DNA from: Clostridia bacterium
Lineage (GTDB): Bacteria > Bacillota > Clostridia > Oscillospirales > CAG-272
Length of the DNA stretch: 55,094 nucleotides
Assembly (NCBI GenBank): GCA_017621695.1
Contig: JAGASP010000033.1
Span: 1-55,094, forward strand
Direction: 5' to 3'
Shown here: one piece after another, positions 30,305 to 40,897 of the stretch
How the letters are laid out: every line of letters starts with the position of its first letter
Numbering within the stretch: position 1 is the stretch's first letter
Translations under genes and position numbers: made by a program
The notes under the pieces: model-generated
Databases searched by the model: none
Told to the model about the DNA's origin: nothing
The model's input: the letters and a program-made list of their open reading frames with translations, nothing else

Positions 30305-30333
30305 ATTATACACGATTTTCTGCGGAAAGTCAA
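30305..30333 (-). promoter_or_regulatory. sigma-A promoter of the DUF1292 gene
   Basis: TTGACT-17-TATAAT on the minus strand. Confidence 0.75.
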
Positions 30334-30372
30334 TAGGGAGCCTTTATTTTTTATATACCGTGCCGTGCGTGC

Positions 30373-31539
30373 TCAAAAAATCTCCGAAATGAGCGCACCG
30401 ATGATCTGATTGCTCAAAAGAAATCCTTTGCGTGTCAGGGAGATCCGCGCGTCGCGGCGAGTGAGGAGCCCTTCTTTTTCCAGCCTGTCGCAAAGCTTTG
30501 TGAAGGCGGGCGGGAAGACGACCCCCGTTGTTCTCGAGATCTCGTTTGTGTCAATGCCGTCGGACAAGCGCAGACCCAGCATGATCGCCTCCTCGGCGGC
30601 CTCTTCGGGGGTAATGGTGTAGGCGTCCTCCAAAATGCTGTCCCCTTTCAAAAATGCGGAAAGATCACGGCTGTTGGCGTAACGGACACCGTTGACATAG
30701 CCGTGTGCCGCGATGCCGAGACCGAGATACTCCCGCCCCTGCCAGGTGTGCAGGTTATGTCGGGAACGCTTGTCGGGCAGGGAAAAATTGCTGATCTCAT
30801 AATGCTCATAGCCGCGAGAGACGAGATAATCTGCGGCGGCCTCATACAGATCCGCCATACCGTCGTCATCGGGAATTCCCAACGCGGCCGCCCCACGGCG
30901 GCCAAAGGGGGTGTCCTCCTCCAGAATCAGACAGTAGGATGACAGGTGCGCAGGGGAGAGGTCTACGGCTTTTTGCAGGGTTTCCAAAAGGCTGTCTTTG
31001 GTTTGCTCGGGAATGCCCATCATAAAATCAAGGTTGATGTTGTGAAATCCCGCCGCTCGCGCGTGTTGCACCGTGCGGCAGACATCCTCCCAGCTATGCA
31101 GGCGTCCCAAGGCCTTGAGCTCGTTGGTGTGCGCGCTTTGGGCGCCCATGCTGAGGCGGTTGGCACCACCCTGCCGCCAAAGAGACAGGAGAGAAAGATC
31201 CGCCGTGCCGGGATTACATTCCAGCGTGATTTCGGCATCGGGGAGCAGCGAAAAGGAGGTGAAGACAGCATCCAGCAGCCGCTCTGCATCCGCCGGAGAA
31301 AGCAACGTGGGGGTGCCGCCGCCGAAATACACCGTGTCCACGGGGCGGGAAACAAACGACTCGGCTTCGGTGCGGATGGATTCGATCAGTCGCGAGACGT
31401 AGGACGTAACGGTATCGGCCGATGGGTGGGGATAGGAGCAGAAGTCACAGTAGGGACATTTGCTTTTGCAAAAGGGAATATGAATGTAAACCCCCAAGGG
31501 CTCGTGGGAGCTTTTGGGGGTGTTGTCAGTTGCATACAT
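30373..31539 (-). CDS. hemW: Radical SAM heme chaperone HemW
   Basis: YIHIPFCKSKCPYCDF, YFGGGTP, YEISNF and HNL..W motifs. Confidence 0.92.
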   Translation of the reverse strand: MYATDNTPKSSHEPLGVYIHIPFCKSKCPYCDFCSYPHPSADTVTSYVSRLIESIRTEAESFVSRPVDTVYFGGGTPTLLSPADAERLLDAVFTSFSLLPDAEITLECNPGTADLSLLSLWRQGGANRLSMGAQSAHTNELKALGRLHSWEDVCRTVQHARAAGFHNINLDFMMGIPEQTKDSLLETLQKAVDLSPAHLSSYCLILEEDTPFGRRGAAALGIPDDDGMADLYEAAADYLVSRGYEHYEISNFSLPDKRSRHNLHTWQGREYLGLGIAAHGYVNGVRYANSRDLSAFLKGDSILEDAYTITPEEAAEEAIMLGLRLSDGIDTNEISRTTGVVFPPAFTKLCDRLEKEGLLTRRDARISLTRKGFLLSNQIIGALISEIF

Positions 31540-31566
31540 GGTTTGTTTCCTTTAATTGGGTAGATC

Positions 31567-32286
31567 TTATCTTCTTCGGTTGGCGATGAGGATGAGGCGC
31601 AAAAGGGACGCCAGCGAGGTGGCAAGCGCTGCGACGTAGGTCAGGGCGGCGGCCTGCAGGGTCTTGCTTGCGGCAGTCAGCTCCTCGCCCTGCAGAGAAC
31701 CTGTGACCTCCAGGGTTTTGAGCGCGCGGGAGGACGCGTTGAACTCGGTGGGCAGAGTGACAAGCTGGAAGATGGTGGACAGAGAGAACAGAAGAATGCC
31801 CGCAAACATGAAGATATCACCGACCTGTCCGGGAACCCAAGCACCGCCCGCAAAGATGAGTCCCAGCAAAAAGACGGGCATGGCCAGCATAGAACCGAAA
31901 TTGGTGACGGGAATGATGGCGGCGCGGATCTTGATGGGAAGATAGTTGGTGGCGTGCTGACAGGCGTGACCCGCTTCGTGGGCGGCAACGCCGATGGCGG
32001 CGGCACTCATAGAGGTGTATACCGCATCGGACAGGCGAATGACACCCGCCTTGGGGTCGTAATGGTCGTTGAGATGGCCGTGGATGTGCTCCACTTGGAT
32101 GTGATACAGGCCGTTTTCGTTGAGAATGCGACGGGCAACGTCAGCACCCGTCAGACCGCGCGAGTTGCGGACGGCGCTGTATTTTTTAAAGGTGGATTGT
32201 ACGTTGATCTGTGCCCAGAAGGCAAAGATCATGGTGGGGACCAGGAGAAGAACTGTCCAGTCACCCCAGAATAAACCGAATAACAT
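31567..32286 (-). CDS. YugP-like neutral zinc metallopeptidase (membrane)
   Basis: DHYDP, AAHEAGHA, TLPTEFNAS.RA and AAALTYVAA motifs. Confidence 0.9.
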   Translation of the reverse strand: MLFGLFWGDWTVLLLVPTMIFAFWAQINVQSTFKKYSAVRNSRGLTGADVARRILNENGLYHIQVEHIHGHLNDHYDPKAGVIRLSDAVYTSMSAAAIGVAAHEAGHACQHATNYLPIKIRAAIIPVTNFGSMLAMPVFLLGLIFAGGAWVPGQVGDIFMFAGILLFSLSTIFQLVTLPTEFNASSRALKTLEVTGSLQGEELTAASKTLQAAALTYVAALATSLASLLRLILIANRRR

Positions 32287-32301
32287 GGAAACCTCCTTGG
32301 G

Positions 32302-33234
32302 TTAGGATAATTGATCGTTCAGATTGATTTTTCGTCCGCGGACGAAGTCAGCCGCACCCATCTGTCCCTTTCCTTCGGGGACAACACGGGTGAAGACGAC
32401 AGAGCCGTTACCGCAGGCCACTTCGATACCGTCTGTCACAGAGATCACCTTGCCGGGGATATCCGCGTGTCCTTCTGCTTTGCCGATATGCGCGGCAACC
32501 ACCTTGAGCAGCTTGCCGTCGGGGGTGTGGGTGAAGGACAGGGGAATGGGGGACAGGCCGCGGATCTGGTTGTGCACCTCGGCGGCAGATTTGGTAAAGT
32601 CAATGAGACAGTCGGATTTTTCGATCTTGGCGGCATAGGTTGCTAAGGTATCGTCCTGTACGGTGCGCACCAACGTACCTGCGCGCAAGGCGGCGATGGT
32701 CTTTTTCATGGTCTCAGCACCCAACGCGGCCAGCTTGTCGTGTACCGTCTCAAAATTGTCATCGGGCAGAATGGGCATCTCGGCCTTGATGAGCATATCG
32801 CCCGTGTCAATCCCATCAGCCATATACATGGTGGTGATGCCCGTGACGGGATGACCCTCCATGATGGCGCGCTGCATGGGTGCCGCGCCGCGCAGGGTGG
32901 GCAGGAGAGAGCCGTGAACGTTCATGCAACCGTGAATGGGATAGTCCAGCACCGAGGGGGGCAGAATTTTACCGTAGGCTACGACTACGATGAGCTCGGG
33001 ATCCAGTGCTTTTAAGGTCTCGTCAAAAGCACCGTTTTTCAGCGTGGTGGGCTGATAAGCGGGGATGCCCACCGATTCCGCAAACACCTTGACAGGAGGC
33101 GGGGTCATGATATTGCCGCGTCCGCGGGGCTTGTCGGGTTGTGTGACGACACCGACGATATTTTCGCCGTCATCGTAAAGGGCTTTCAGAGTGGCAAGGG
33201 CAAAGTCGGGTGTGCCCATGAATAGGATGCGCAT
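32302..33234 (-). CDS. fmt: Methionyl-tRNA formyltransferase
   Basis: FMGTPDFA, VVTQPDKP, NVHGSLLP..RGAAP and DTGD motifs. Confidence 0.97.
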   Translation of the reverse strand: MRILFMGTPDFALATLKALYDDGENIVGVVTQPDKPRGRGNIMTPPPVKVFAESVGIPAYQPTTLKNGAFDETLKALDPELIVVVAYGKILPPSVLDYPIHGCMNVHGSLLPTLRGAAPMQRAIMEGHPVTGITTMYMADGIDTGDMLIKAEMPILPDDNFETVHDKLAALGAETMKKTIAALRAGTLVRTVQDDTLATYAAKIEKSDCLIDFTKSAAEVHNQIRGLSPIPLSFTHTPDGKLLKVVAAHIGKAEGHADIPGKVISVTDGIEVACGNGSVVFTRVVPEGKGQMGAADFVRGRKINLNDQLS

Positions 33235-33338
33235 AAAGGGACTCCTTTAGAAGTGAAATTTGCCGTTTTGATGGCAAGAAACGGGACATTTTCCTTGCGC
33301 GGATCAGGCCTGACACAAAAGCTTTCCAAATCGCAAGG

Positions 33339-33810
33339 CGGGTGTCTATACCCTTTTTCAAAAGGGTTTTGAGGGGCTTGGGGAACTTTTTCAAAAATTC
33401 TCCTTGCGTTCTCCACCCCCAAGCGCGCATATATCGCTTCCGGGTGTTTCTACCCCTTTTTTAAAAGGTTTTGAGGGGTCAGGGGAACTTTTTCAAAAAT
33501 TCTCCTTGCGTTCTCCACCCCCAAGCGCATATATCGCTTTCGGGTGTTTCAACCCCTTTTTTAAAAGGTTTTGAGGGGCTTGGGGAACTTTTTCAAAAAT
33601 TCTCCTTGCGTTCTCCACCCCAAGCGCGCATATATCGCTTCCGGGTGTTTCTACCCCTTTTTTAAAAGGTTTTGAGGGGCTTGGGGAACTTTTTCAAAAA
33701 TTCTCCTTGCGTTCTCCACCCCCAAGCGCGCATATATCGCTTCCGGGTGTTTCTACCCCTTTTTTAAAAGGTTTTGAGGGGCTTGGGGAACTTTTTTCAA
33801 AAGTTCCCCT
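33339..33810. repeat. ~101-bp tandem repeat (~4.6 copies) between def and fmt
   Basis: Units start CGGGTGT at 33339, 33441, 33541, 33642 and 33744; near-identical, no spacers. Confidence 0.92.
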
Positions 33811-33843
33811 GTCGTTCCCCTTCGTACTCCTTCGTACTCCTCC

Positions 33844-34299
33844 TCAATCCTCGTCCATCGAGGTTGCGGAGTCGATATAGAGCTTGCCGTCGAGGTGCTC
33901 GATCTCATGGCAGAAGGCGCGAGCCAGGAGCTCGTGGCCTGTGACCTGATAGGTCTCGCCCTTACGGTTGGTGGCTTCGACGGTGACGTGCATGGGGCGC
34001 TTGACGATCCCCCAGCGGCCGGGAACCGACAGACAGCCCTCTCGACCTTCCTGTTCGCCGGAGAATGCGATGATCTTGGGATTGATGAGCTCGTAGACCG
34101 TACCCTCTTCCACCTCGACGACCGCGATACGGCGGAGAATACCGACCTGCGGTGCGGCAAGACCGCAACCGTCGGCGGCACGCATGGTTTCGATCATGTC
34201 ATCGAGCAGGGTGACGATGCGGGGGGTAATTTCGTCTACGGGACGGCAATTTTTGCGGAGCACCTCGTCTCCGATCTTTCTGATTTGCAGCTTGGCCAT
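33844..34299 (-). CDS. def: Peptide deformylase
   Basis: GCGLAAPQVG, EGCLS and HEIEHLDG motifs. Confidence 0.96.
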   Translation of the reverse strand: MAKLQIRKIGDEVLRKNCRPVDEITPRIVTLLDDMIETMRAADGCGLAAPQVGILRRIAVVEVEEGTVYELINPKIIAFSGEQEGREGCLSVPGRWGIVKRPMHVTVEATNRKGETYQVTGHELLARAFCHEIEHLDGKLYIDSATSMDED

Positions 34300-34427
34300 G
34301 GTGATGTCCTTTCTGAAGCAGATGTAAAAATGAATATTTATAGTTAAATGAAATTGTTTTCCTATTCGGGGCGGTACAACCGCAGGGATTCTCTGTCAAT
34401 AGCGGTTACAGAGTGATCCACAGTAGC

Positions 34428-34451
34428 GGGAGAGGCCTTGCGGCCTCTCCC
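34428..34451. terminator. GC-rich hairpin after the ABC operon (terminator or REP-like)
   Basis: GGGAGAGGCC-ttgc-GGCCTCTCCC; no T tract; preceded by GTAG on the plus strand. Confidence 0.45.
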
Positions 34452-34469
34452 ACGGGGGAGTCTGTCATA

Positions 34470-36863
34470 TCAGTTCTTGGAGGATACGACGATCTCCTCT
34501 TCGTTGATGAAACGGTATGCATCTGCGATGAGCTTGTCGCAGAAGGTGCGGGATACATAGAAGATACCCTGGCCGTTTTCGGGATTACCTGCGGATTCGG
34601 GAGAATCCAGAAGCTCAATGGTCATATAGGATTTGCGTTCGGTGATCTGATAGAAGCGGTAGACGGCATAGCGGGTGCTTTCATCGGTTCCCTTGCCGTC
34701 GTCCAGCAGAATGGTCAGCTTGAGCTGGCATTCCTCGTCGGGGGTCTTTCGGATCTCTGCCATTTCTTCCTCGGTAAGCTCTACCGTGCCAGCCACGGAG
34801 GCGGTCAGGAGTGCCTGATAGAAGCGGCGGAAATTGTAATTCGCGGTCTCGGTGGCGATGCTGCCCGAGGGCTTGGTCACCAGGAGGGAATAATTCATCA
34901 GCTTTCCCTTGTAATAAATCTCCAGATTGTCGGAGTTGATCTTTTCGCTTTGGTCGGACTTGGAGTTGTCAAGCTCAAAGATGACAGGCTCGGGCATGGA
35001 CGCGCCCTCCAGCTTGATGCCCTGACAGTGGGCAATGTTGGCAAGGAAGTACTCCCGCTCGTACCAGTCGATCTCCTTCCATTCAAGGAAGGCAAAGCTC
35101 TTTTCGTCTACCTCCACGATCATATCGTGGTAGGGTGAATAGGCGTAATATGCGCCGTTCTCGGTACGCTCCGAGATCTGCACATAGTTGGGGAATTGCT
35201 GACCCGAGGCATCGGTGTAGGTGAAGGACAGAATGTGCGCGGCCTCCTCAAGACCGTATTCGTAAAGCTCGTCATCCGAGGGTCCCAGCTTGACGACACG
35301 ATTGAAAGAGGTGCTGTACAGGTTATAAAGCACTTCGCTGATGTTGTCAGAGTTGGGGAAGTAGCCCTCCATATAATCCGAGGCCATGTGATAGGGAATG
35401 GTGGAGTCCAGCGTGTTTTCACGGTCATCCAGATCAATAAAGGTGAAGGCCGTTACGAGATGAGAGTTCTTGGCGATGAGCTTTTCGTATCTGCCGTTGG
35501 CTGTTTCGTAGTCCTCCGCTTCCTCTTCGGCTCGGAGGATGGCCTGGGCTTCCTTGATCTTTTCCAACGCCTCCTCTGGATACTTGCCGGTCTCGGGGTC
35601 GGGGACAACGTCGGAAATGTCGTAGCCCGTGAGCTCCATGACCAGCTCTACAAGAATCCGTTCATAGTCTATGTCGGTGCGGTAGGTAAAATTCGAAACG
35701 TTGAAATAAGCATTCATGCTCATGGGATAGATGATCATGGGCGTGACCAGCGCCTCGCCGGGCTGGAGCACAGCGGCGTCCAGATTGACCGAGGACAGGA
35801 TATAGATCTTGTCTCTTCCCTCGTACATGGCGTAGTAGCCGGCACCCGAGACAGTAGCATCACCCAGAATGACGGTGTATTTGTCACCCGAAAGTGTGGT
35901 GATGGTGTAACGGCTGGGGGTGTAGTCGTAGGTTTCCTCATTGCCCTCCTCGTCGGTGCGGGTGCGCACCTCGGGGGCAAGACCGTATTCCGCAAGGTCA
36001 ATGGAGCCGTCGGAAAGGGACACGGGATTTTCCAGACGCATCTGGGAAATGGTATAACCGCAGCCGTTGGAAAGCTGCGCGAAGAGCTCTCGGTTGAGGA
36101 AAGCGGATTCGTGACCCTTGATGACAAAATCGTTGCTGTTCTGACCGCGCTCGTAGATAACGTGCCCGTGCTGATTTTCAATATCGATGGTCTGGATGAT
36201 ACGGGAGGGGTCCTTGGTGGAGGATGCATCGTAGGTGAGCTGCTTGAACATAAGCACACGCTGATTGGCGCCTACCTGTTCGGTACCCTCCACGTCAACG
36301 ATGGCGTAGATCTGGTATTCACCGGTCTCGGGATTGACCGTGAGCTGGTTGCCAAAAAGGGTGAGATAATAGCCGTCCTCGTTGACGTCGCAAAGCTCGC
36401 CGTCATAGTAAAGCCCGTAAACACCGTCTGATTTCTTGATGGTGTACTTCGTGCCGTCGGTGTCCACGTAGCTGTAGATGTCCACGACGTATTTGACAAC
36501 GATCAGGCCAATGATGAGCAGTACGGTGAGAATGGCTGTGATCCAAACAGCCTTTTTCTGGGTGGAAAGCGAAGATTTTTTGTTTTGAACTTTCTTTGCG
36601 CGGGTAGCTTTGGTGGGTGCCTCCCAGTAGGCGTACAGGGTCATGCCGTCGCTGATGAGCTCGTCCACCACGGTTTCAGAGCTGATGCGCAGCGCATCCT
36701 CTGCGGAGTCCTGTGGCTGTGTGTACCAACCCTTGAAGACGTATCCGCGTCTTTGGGGCTTGGGCAACGTGCCGATTCTGTCTCCGCGATAGGCGTGGAT
36801 GCTTTGAATATCGACAGAGCCCTTTCCGGGATCAAATATCAGTTGTATTTCTTTTTCCTGCAT
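34470..36863 (-). CDS. DUF4340-like membrane protein with N-terminal InlB B-repeat
   Basis: LPKPQRRGYVFKGWY..TLYAYW repeat, one TM, two L.EYGL motifs, position after GldG-like genes. Confidence 0.7.
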   Translation of the reverse strand: MQEKEIQLIFDPGKGSVDIQSIHAYRGDRIGTLPKPQRRGYVFKGWYTQPQDSAEDALRISSETVVDELISDGMTLYAYWEAPTKATRAKKVQNKKSSLSTQKKAVWITAILTVLLIIGLIVVKYVVDIYSYVDTDGTKYTIKKSDGVYGLYYDGELCDVNEDGYYLTLFGNQLTVNPETGEYQIYAIVDVEGTEQVGANQRVLMFKQLTYDASSTKDPSRIIQTIDIENQHGHVIYERGQNSNDFVIKGHESAFLNRELFAQLSNGCGYTISQMRLENPVSLSDGSIDLAEYGLAPEVRTRTDEEGNEETYDYTPSRYTITTLSGDKYTVILGDATVSGAGYYAMYEGRDKIYILSSVNLDAAVLQPGEALVTPMIIYPMSMNAYFNVSNFTYRTDIDYERILVELVMELTGYDISDVVPDPETGKYPEEALEKIKEAQAILRAEEEAEDYETANGRYEKLIAKNSHLVTAFTFIDLDDRENTLDSTIPYHMASDYMEGYFPNSDNISEVLYNLYSTSFNRVVKLGPSDDELYEYGLEEAAHILSFTYTDASGQQFPNYVQISERTENGAYYAYSPYHDMIVEVDEKSFAFLEWKEIDWYEREYFLANIAHCQGIKLEGASMPEPVIFELDNSKSDQSEKINSDNLEIYYKGKLMNYSLLVTKPSGSIATETANYNFRRFYQALLTASVAGTVELTEEEMAEIRKTPDEECQLKLTILLDDGKGTDESTRYAVYRFYQITERKSYMTIELLDSPESAGNPENGQGIFYVSRTFCDKLIADAYRFINEEEIVVSSKN

Positions 36864-36875
36864 GAAGTGGCTCCT

Positions 36876-38621
36876 TTATCTGTACTTTCTGCGGATCGTG
36901 ACGTAAATGCCCAGACCGAAGCAGATGAGGGCGGGGATGGCTGCAAAGAGAACGGCTGTGGTGATCAGGCTTCCCTTGGTGAGGGAAGCACCGCCGGCAA
37001 CCACCGCCTCGGCATCCATCGTGTAGTTCTTGAATGCAATGATGTCCAGATTGGCGGGGGCTACCTCACGACCCAGCGCGCGCAGGGTTGCCATGAGAAC
37101 GTCGGCGTTGCCGTAAGCATCCGAGGAGAGCACGGCATCCGACGCAAACTCGGTCGAGCCGATCACCGTCACGAACGAACGGTCCTGCTGGGAGAAATAG
37201 TTGGTCTCCTGGCGAACACGCTCCTCAGAGGTGATGGTCATGAGCTTAAAGTGTTTGGATTCGGTGGTGATCTCGTATTGCTTGCCATTGACCTCCGCGA
37301 CGGCGTTCTGACCGGCCGTGAATACGTCGTTGAAGTAGCGGGTCACACCGTTGCCGTAGTAGGTGCCGTAGCGGTAAGGCTTCTTGTCGGTGGTCGCGGC
37401 GGAGGACATACCGACCGTCAACGTAGAGTTGGGCGTGGTTTCTTCGGGATAGGTGTTGCGGTAGCCCTTGGCCTGCTCAATGGCGGTGGCGTTGGGGAAG
37501 ACGACCTTCGCGGGATACGCGAGACTTCTCATGTCTGCGGTGATGGAGGAGCCCAGACCGTCGGTCGCGTAGGTTGCGAGAGGCGTATAGCCCTCCTTAT
37601 CCAGTTTTTCCACCGTGTCGCGGATGGTGTAGTTGTCCTTTACTCCGTCGGTCGTGGCGCGGGAGAGAACAACGCCCCACTCCTCAAGATATTCCTCCAG
37701 GTTGGGCAGGACGGGAGTCTTGTTGTCCACAAACAGGAGGAAGGAGAAGCAGCCGTCCAAATACTTGTCCAGCTTGTCGATCTCGGAGACGCCTGCTTCA
37801 CCCATGTTGCCAAAGGCGTAGAAATCGGTTTGGGGATCGTAGCAGATGAGCAAACGGCAATCCTCGGGGATGTCCTCTTTTTCAAGGTCCAGATCCTTGA
37901 CAATATAGCCGGATCTTTCTACCAGCAGACGCAGCTCCGAAATCTCCTCCAAATTCTCACCGTGGTTGCTGATGAAGCAGGCGACGGGAGATTCGGCGCG
38001 TGTTACGGCGAGGATGGCGTTGGCAAAGTGCTTTTCGCCGTTATATGCCCACGGTGTTGTGGAGTTTTCGTTGTTGACAAAGAAGTTGGCCATGGAATAC
38101 ACGCGATATTCGGTGCCAAATTCAAAAATGACGTTGGAGGAATAGATGCGCGTCGCGGAGGTCGCCTTGTACTTCTGTACGGCGGAGGGGTTTTTGTTGA
38201 CATTGATGAAGGATACGTTGATCTGATCCTTGAAGGCCTTTTGCAGATGCAGAGCGGTGTAGAGCACGTAGCGCATCTGATCCGAGCCCCAGACGAGGTC
38301 ACGGTCGGCGCAGAAAATGATGTTGACGGTGATGGGCTCCTCGCCGCGAGTCTCTCTCTCGGCGTTGACCTTGTCCACCATGGGGATGGCGTTTTCCTCA
38401 ATGAGCTGCATGAAGGGCTCTGTGGGGGTGTAGAGAGACAGGTGCTTCATGGTGTCATTGGTGTAGCGGTTGACGGATTCGTCGATCTGCCAGATGTTGT
38501 CCTGCCCCAGAATGCTGATGATCAGATTGAGCAGAATGACCGCTACCAGGATCAGAACGGTTACGGTGGTGAAAAGGGTGCGGCGACCCAGACGGCCGGA
38601 GCGATATTCATTGTGTCTCAT
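36876..38621 (-). CDS. GldG-like ABC transporter auxiliary protein
   Basis: N- and C-terminal TMs; YNGEK.F, NHGE, IPEDC.LL and EIDKL..YL motifs; ends IRRKYR. Confidence 0.75.
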   Translation of the reverse strand: MRHNEYRSGRLGRRTLFTTVTVLILVAVILLNLIISILGQDNIWQIDESVNRYTNDTMKHLSLYTPTEPFMQLIEENAIPMVDKVNAERETRGEEPITVNIIFCADRDLVWGSDQMRYVLYTALHLQKAFKDQINVSFINVNKNPSAVQKYKATSATRIYSSNVIFEFGTEYRVYSMANFFVNNENSTTPWAYNGEKHFANAILAVTRAESPVACFISNHGENLEEISELRLLVERSGYIVKDLDLEKEDIPEDCRLLICYDPQTDFYAFGNMGEAGVSEIDKLDKYLDGCFSFLLFVDNKTPVLPNLEEYLEEWGVVLSRATTDGVKDNYTIRDTVEKLDKEGYTPLATYATDGLGSSITADMRSLAYPAKVVFPNATAIEQAKGYRNTYPEETTPNSTLTVGMSSAATTDKKPYRYGTYYGNGVTRYFNDVFTAGQNAVAEVNGKQYEITTESKHFKLMTITSEERVRQETNYFSQQDRSFVTVIGSTEFASDAVLSSDAYGNADVLMATLRALGREVAPANLDIIAFKNYTMDAEAVVAGGASLTKGSLITTAVLFAAIPALICFGLGIYVTIRRKYR

Positions 38622-40117
38622 GCGAATTTCCTCCGGATCAGAATGATGAGTCCCGCTGCCAGCACCAGCGTGGTGGGGACTGCCGTCAGGACGACGGTGA
38701 TGTTTCTTGCCTGACGGGTGGTCAGGGTATCGATGGTGGTGTCGTCAAAGGGCTGGCTCTTCATTTGCACGGGAATGTCTGTTTTACCCATGGCACCCAT
38801 AGCGGTCAACAGGAACGCGGCGTTGTCATAGGATGCGGATTGCAGGGTGGTTTCCGTGGCAAACTCAGTAGAGGAGCACACCATAACGTGGGAATTTTGC
38901 GCTTTGTTTTCGGTCAGCGTAATTACGGGGAAGCCGTCAGTTGTGCGCTCGGCGGCACGTCCGCCTGCCCATGCCTCGGCACTGGGGTGGGAGGTCAAGA
39001 GGGTGGTCATGCGGTAGTCGCCCTGGGTATAGCTGTCCTTTCCGTCGGACGTGAAGTCCTTGGCGGGAGAAATGGAGGTGGCGTTGGAGAGACGGAGAGA
39101 GCTGCCCACGCCCTCCATGATCTCGGCGGCTTTTCCGCCCTCGGGAACCTTGCCGAACAGGGTGTAGCCGTCGGTGGAGAGGGCATGGTCCAGGTCGCGG
39201 ATGGCATAGCATTCCTCTACGTTTTCCTCTCCGGTGCGGTGGTCAAAGGTCACACCGCGCTTTTCAAGAAAGCCCTCCAGGTTGGCAAAGCCACCTGCGG
39301 AAAACGTGTCGGCAGATACGAATACCATATAGTTGCCGCCCTTTTCAAGATAAGCCTCCAGCTTGTCGATCTCGGAAAATCCCGAAACGCCGTCAATGGA
39401 GGTAAAGTCCTGCGCGGGGTTGTAGGTTACGAGCAGGTCGCAATCCTCGGGGATGTCAAAGGACAGCGCGTCGAGATAGCTGACGGTGTAGCCCGCATCG
39501 GTCGCGGCGATGAGCAGGGAATAATCGGGGAAGGACTCGCCGTGGTTGACGGTGAAATAAGCCATGGGTGTATCGGAAGAAACAACAGCCTTCATGGCCA
39601 CGGCAAAGCGCTTTTCGCCGTTATAGGCGGTGGGAAGGGTGGTGTCTGCGGCGGAGAAGGTGAAGAAATCCTTCAGGGTGCAAACACGGTGATTGTCTCC
39701 GCTTCTGACGACCACGTCAGTGGAGGCGGTGACACCGTAGGAGCGTGCCTTTTTGGGGTGCTCCCAGACGTTGAGGTAAGAAATGGAAACGCGGTCGGGA
39801 TAGCTCTCGGCCAGCTCGGCGGCAGTTGCGTGCACCATGGCCTGCGTGCCGTCCTCCAGGACCTCCTCTTTTTCGGAGCAAAAGATGAATTCAATGTCCG
39901 CGTCACTCTTGGAGAACACGTATTCGTCGAGATATGCGTAGCAGGTATCCGTGACGGGATAGAGACGGTCAGGGTTCATATTACAGAACCAACCGTAGCG
40001 CATGGCAAGCGCGGTGACGATGGCGTTCGACAGGATGGCCACAGCCAGTACAGCCACTGTCAGAACGATCGAAACGCTGCCGTAGCGCATTTTCTTTTTC
40101 GATGTTATTCTTGGCAT
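38618..40117 (-). CDS. GldG-like ABC transporter auxiliary protein, second paralog
   Basis: Same YNGEKRF, NHGE, IPEDCDLL and EIDKLE.YL motifs; ends IRRKFA. Confidence 0.75.
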   Translation of the reverse strand: MPRITSKKKMRYGSVSIVLTVAVLAVAILSNAIVTALAMRYGWFCNMNPDRLYPVTDTCYAYLDEYVFSKSDADIEFIFCSEKEEVLEDGTQAMVHATAAELAESYPDRVSISYLNVWEHPKKARSYGVTASTDVVVRSGDNHRVCTLKDFFTFSAADTTLPTAYNGEKRFAVAMKAVVSSDTPMAYFTVNHGESFPDYSLLIAATDAGYTVSYLDALSFDIPEDCDLLVTYNPAQDFTSIDGVSGFSEIDKLEAYLEKGGNYMVFVSADTFSAGGFANLEGFLEKRGVTFDHRTGEENVEECYAIRDLDHALSTDGYTLFGKVPEGGKAAEIMEGVGSSLRLSNATSISPAKDFTSDGKDSYTQGDYRMTTLLTSHPSAEAWAGGRAAERTTDGFPVITLTENKAQNSHVMVCSSTEFATETTLQSASYDNAAFLLTAMGAMGKTDIPVQMKSQPFDDTTIDTLTTRQARNITVVLTAVPTTLVLAAGLIILIRRKFA

Positions 40118-40150
40118 ATGTGATTTTCCTCTCGTGATTTTTCGGTAAGA

Positions 40151-40897
40151 TCAGGCCCATCTGCGCTTTTCGTACACGCGGATGGTGAGGAAAATAAAGA
40201 CACCGCAGATCGACAGGTAATAGAAGATGGCCGCAAAGTCAAAGAGGCCGTTGGTAAAGTTACCGAAACGGGAATAGACGGAAATCCAGGAGATGATGGT
40301 GCGGAGCCAGTATGCGTCGATGAGGTTGTTGAGAAGGCTCAGGCCGATCATGCCGAAAATCACGGCAATGGTAATAACGGCGGCGGCGAGCTGGTTCTCG
40401 GTCAGAGCCGAGATGAAGGTGCCGATGGCGATGAAGGCCGCACCCAGCAGAAGCAGGCTGACAAGGCAGCCCACGAGCTCACCCGCAACGATACCCGTGT
40501 GGTAGTGCTGGTAGGAGGCACCGCCACGCTCTGCATCGGCAATGACAGCCAGCGGGATAAAGTTGATGCAGGAGACGAGCAGGGTAGAGGTGAACAGGGT
40601 CAGGGCGGCTAAAAATTTGCCGAGCACCATGCCCGTAATGGTCACGGGAGCGGTGAGGAGCAATTGCTCGGTGCGCAATTTGCGCTCTTCGGCAAACAGG
40701 CGCATGGTGAGCAGGGGAATGAGAATGACGAAGGCATACATCATGTACACGAAGTAGACCGTCACGTCGTAGCTGGACTGGAGATAGGTGGTAAAGCAGC
40801 AGATGAGCGCGGCGGCGGCAAGGAAGATGCCGGTGTAGATGTATCCGATGGGATTGATGAAATAAGATTTCAGCTCTTTTTTATAAATGGCCAGCAT
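40151..40897 (-). CDS. ABC-2 permease (GldF-like)
   Basis: KKELKSYF..PIGY, LTMRLFAEE...TEQLLLTAP, VLGKF and TENQ motifs. Confidence 0.88.
   Translation of the reverse strand: MLAIYKKELKSYFINPIGYIYTGIFLAAAALICCFTTYLQSSYDVTVYFVYMMYAFVILIPLLTMRLFAEERKLRTEQLLLTAPVTITGMVLGKFLAALTLFTSTLLVSCINFIPLAVIADAERGGASYQHYHTGIVAGELVGCLVSLLLLGAAFIAIGTFISALTENQLAAAVITIAVIFGMIGLSLLNNLIDAYWLRTIISWISVYSRFGNFTNGLFDFAAIFYYLSICGVFIFLTIRVYEKRRWA

Noticed and set aside
31567-32286. Processing protease for the Gly-Cys tail
   Set aside because: YugP-like peptidases commonly sit beside def/fmt in Clostridia, so proximity is not evidence
33339-33810. CRISPR array
   Set aside because: Units are near-identical along their full ~101 bp with no unique spacers, and no cas genes are present
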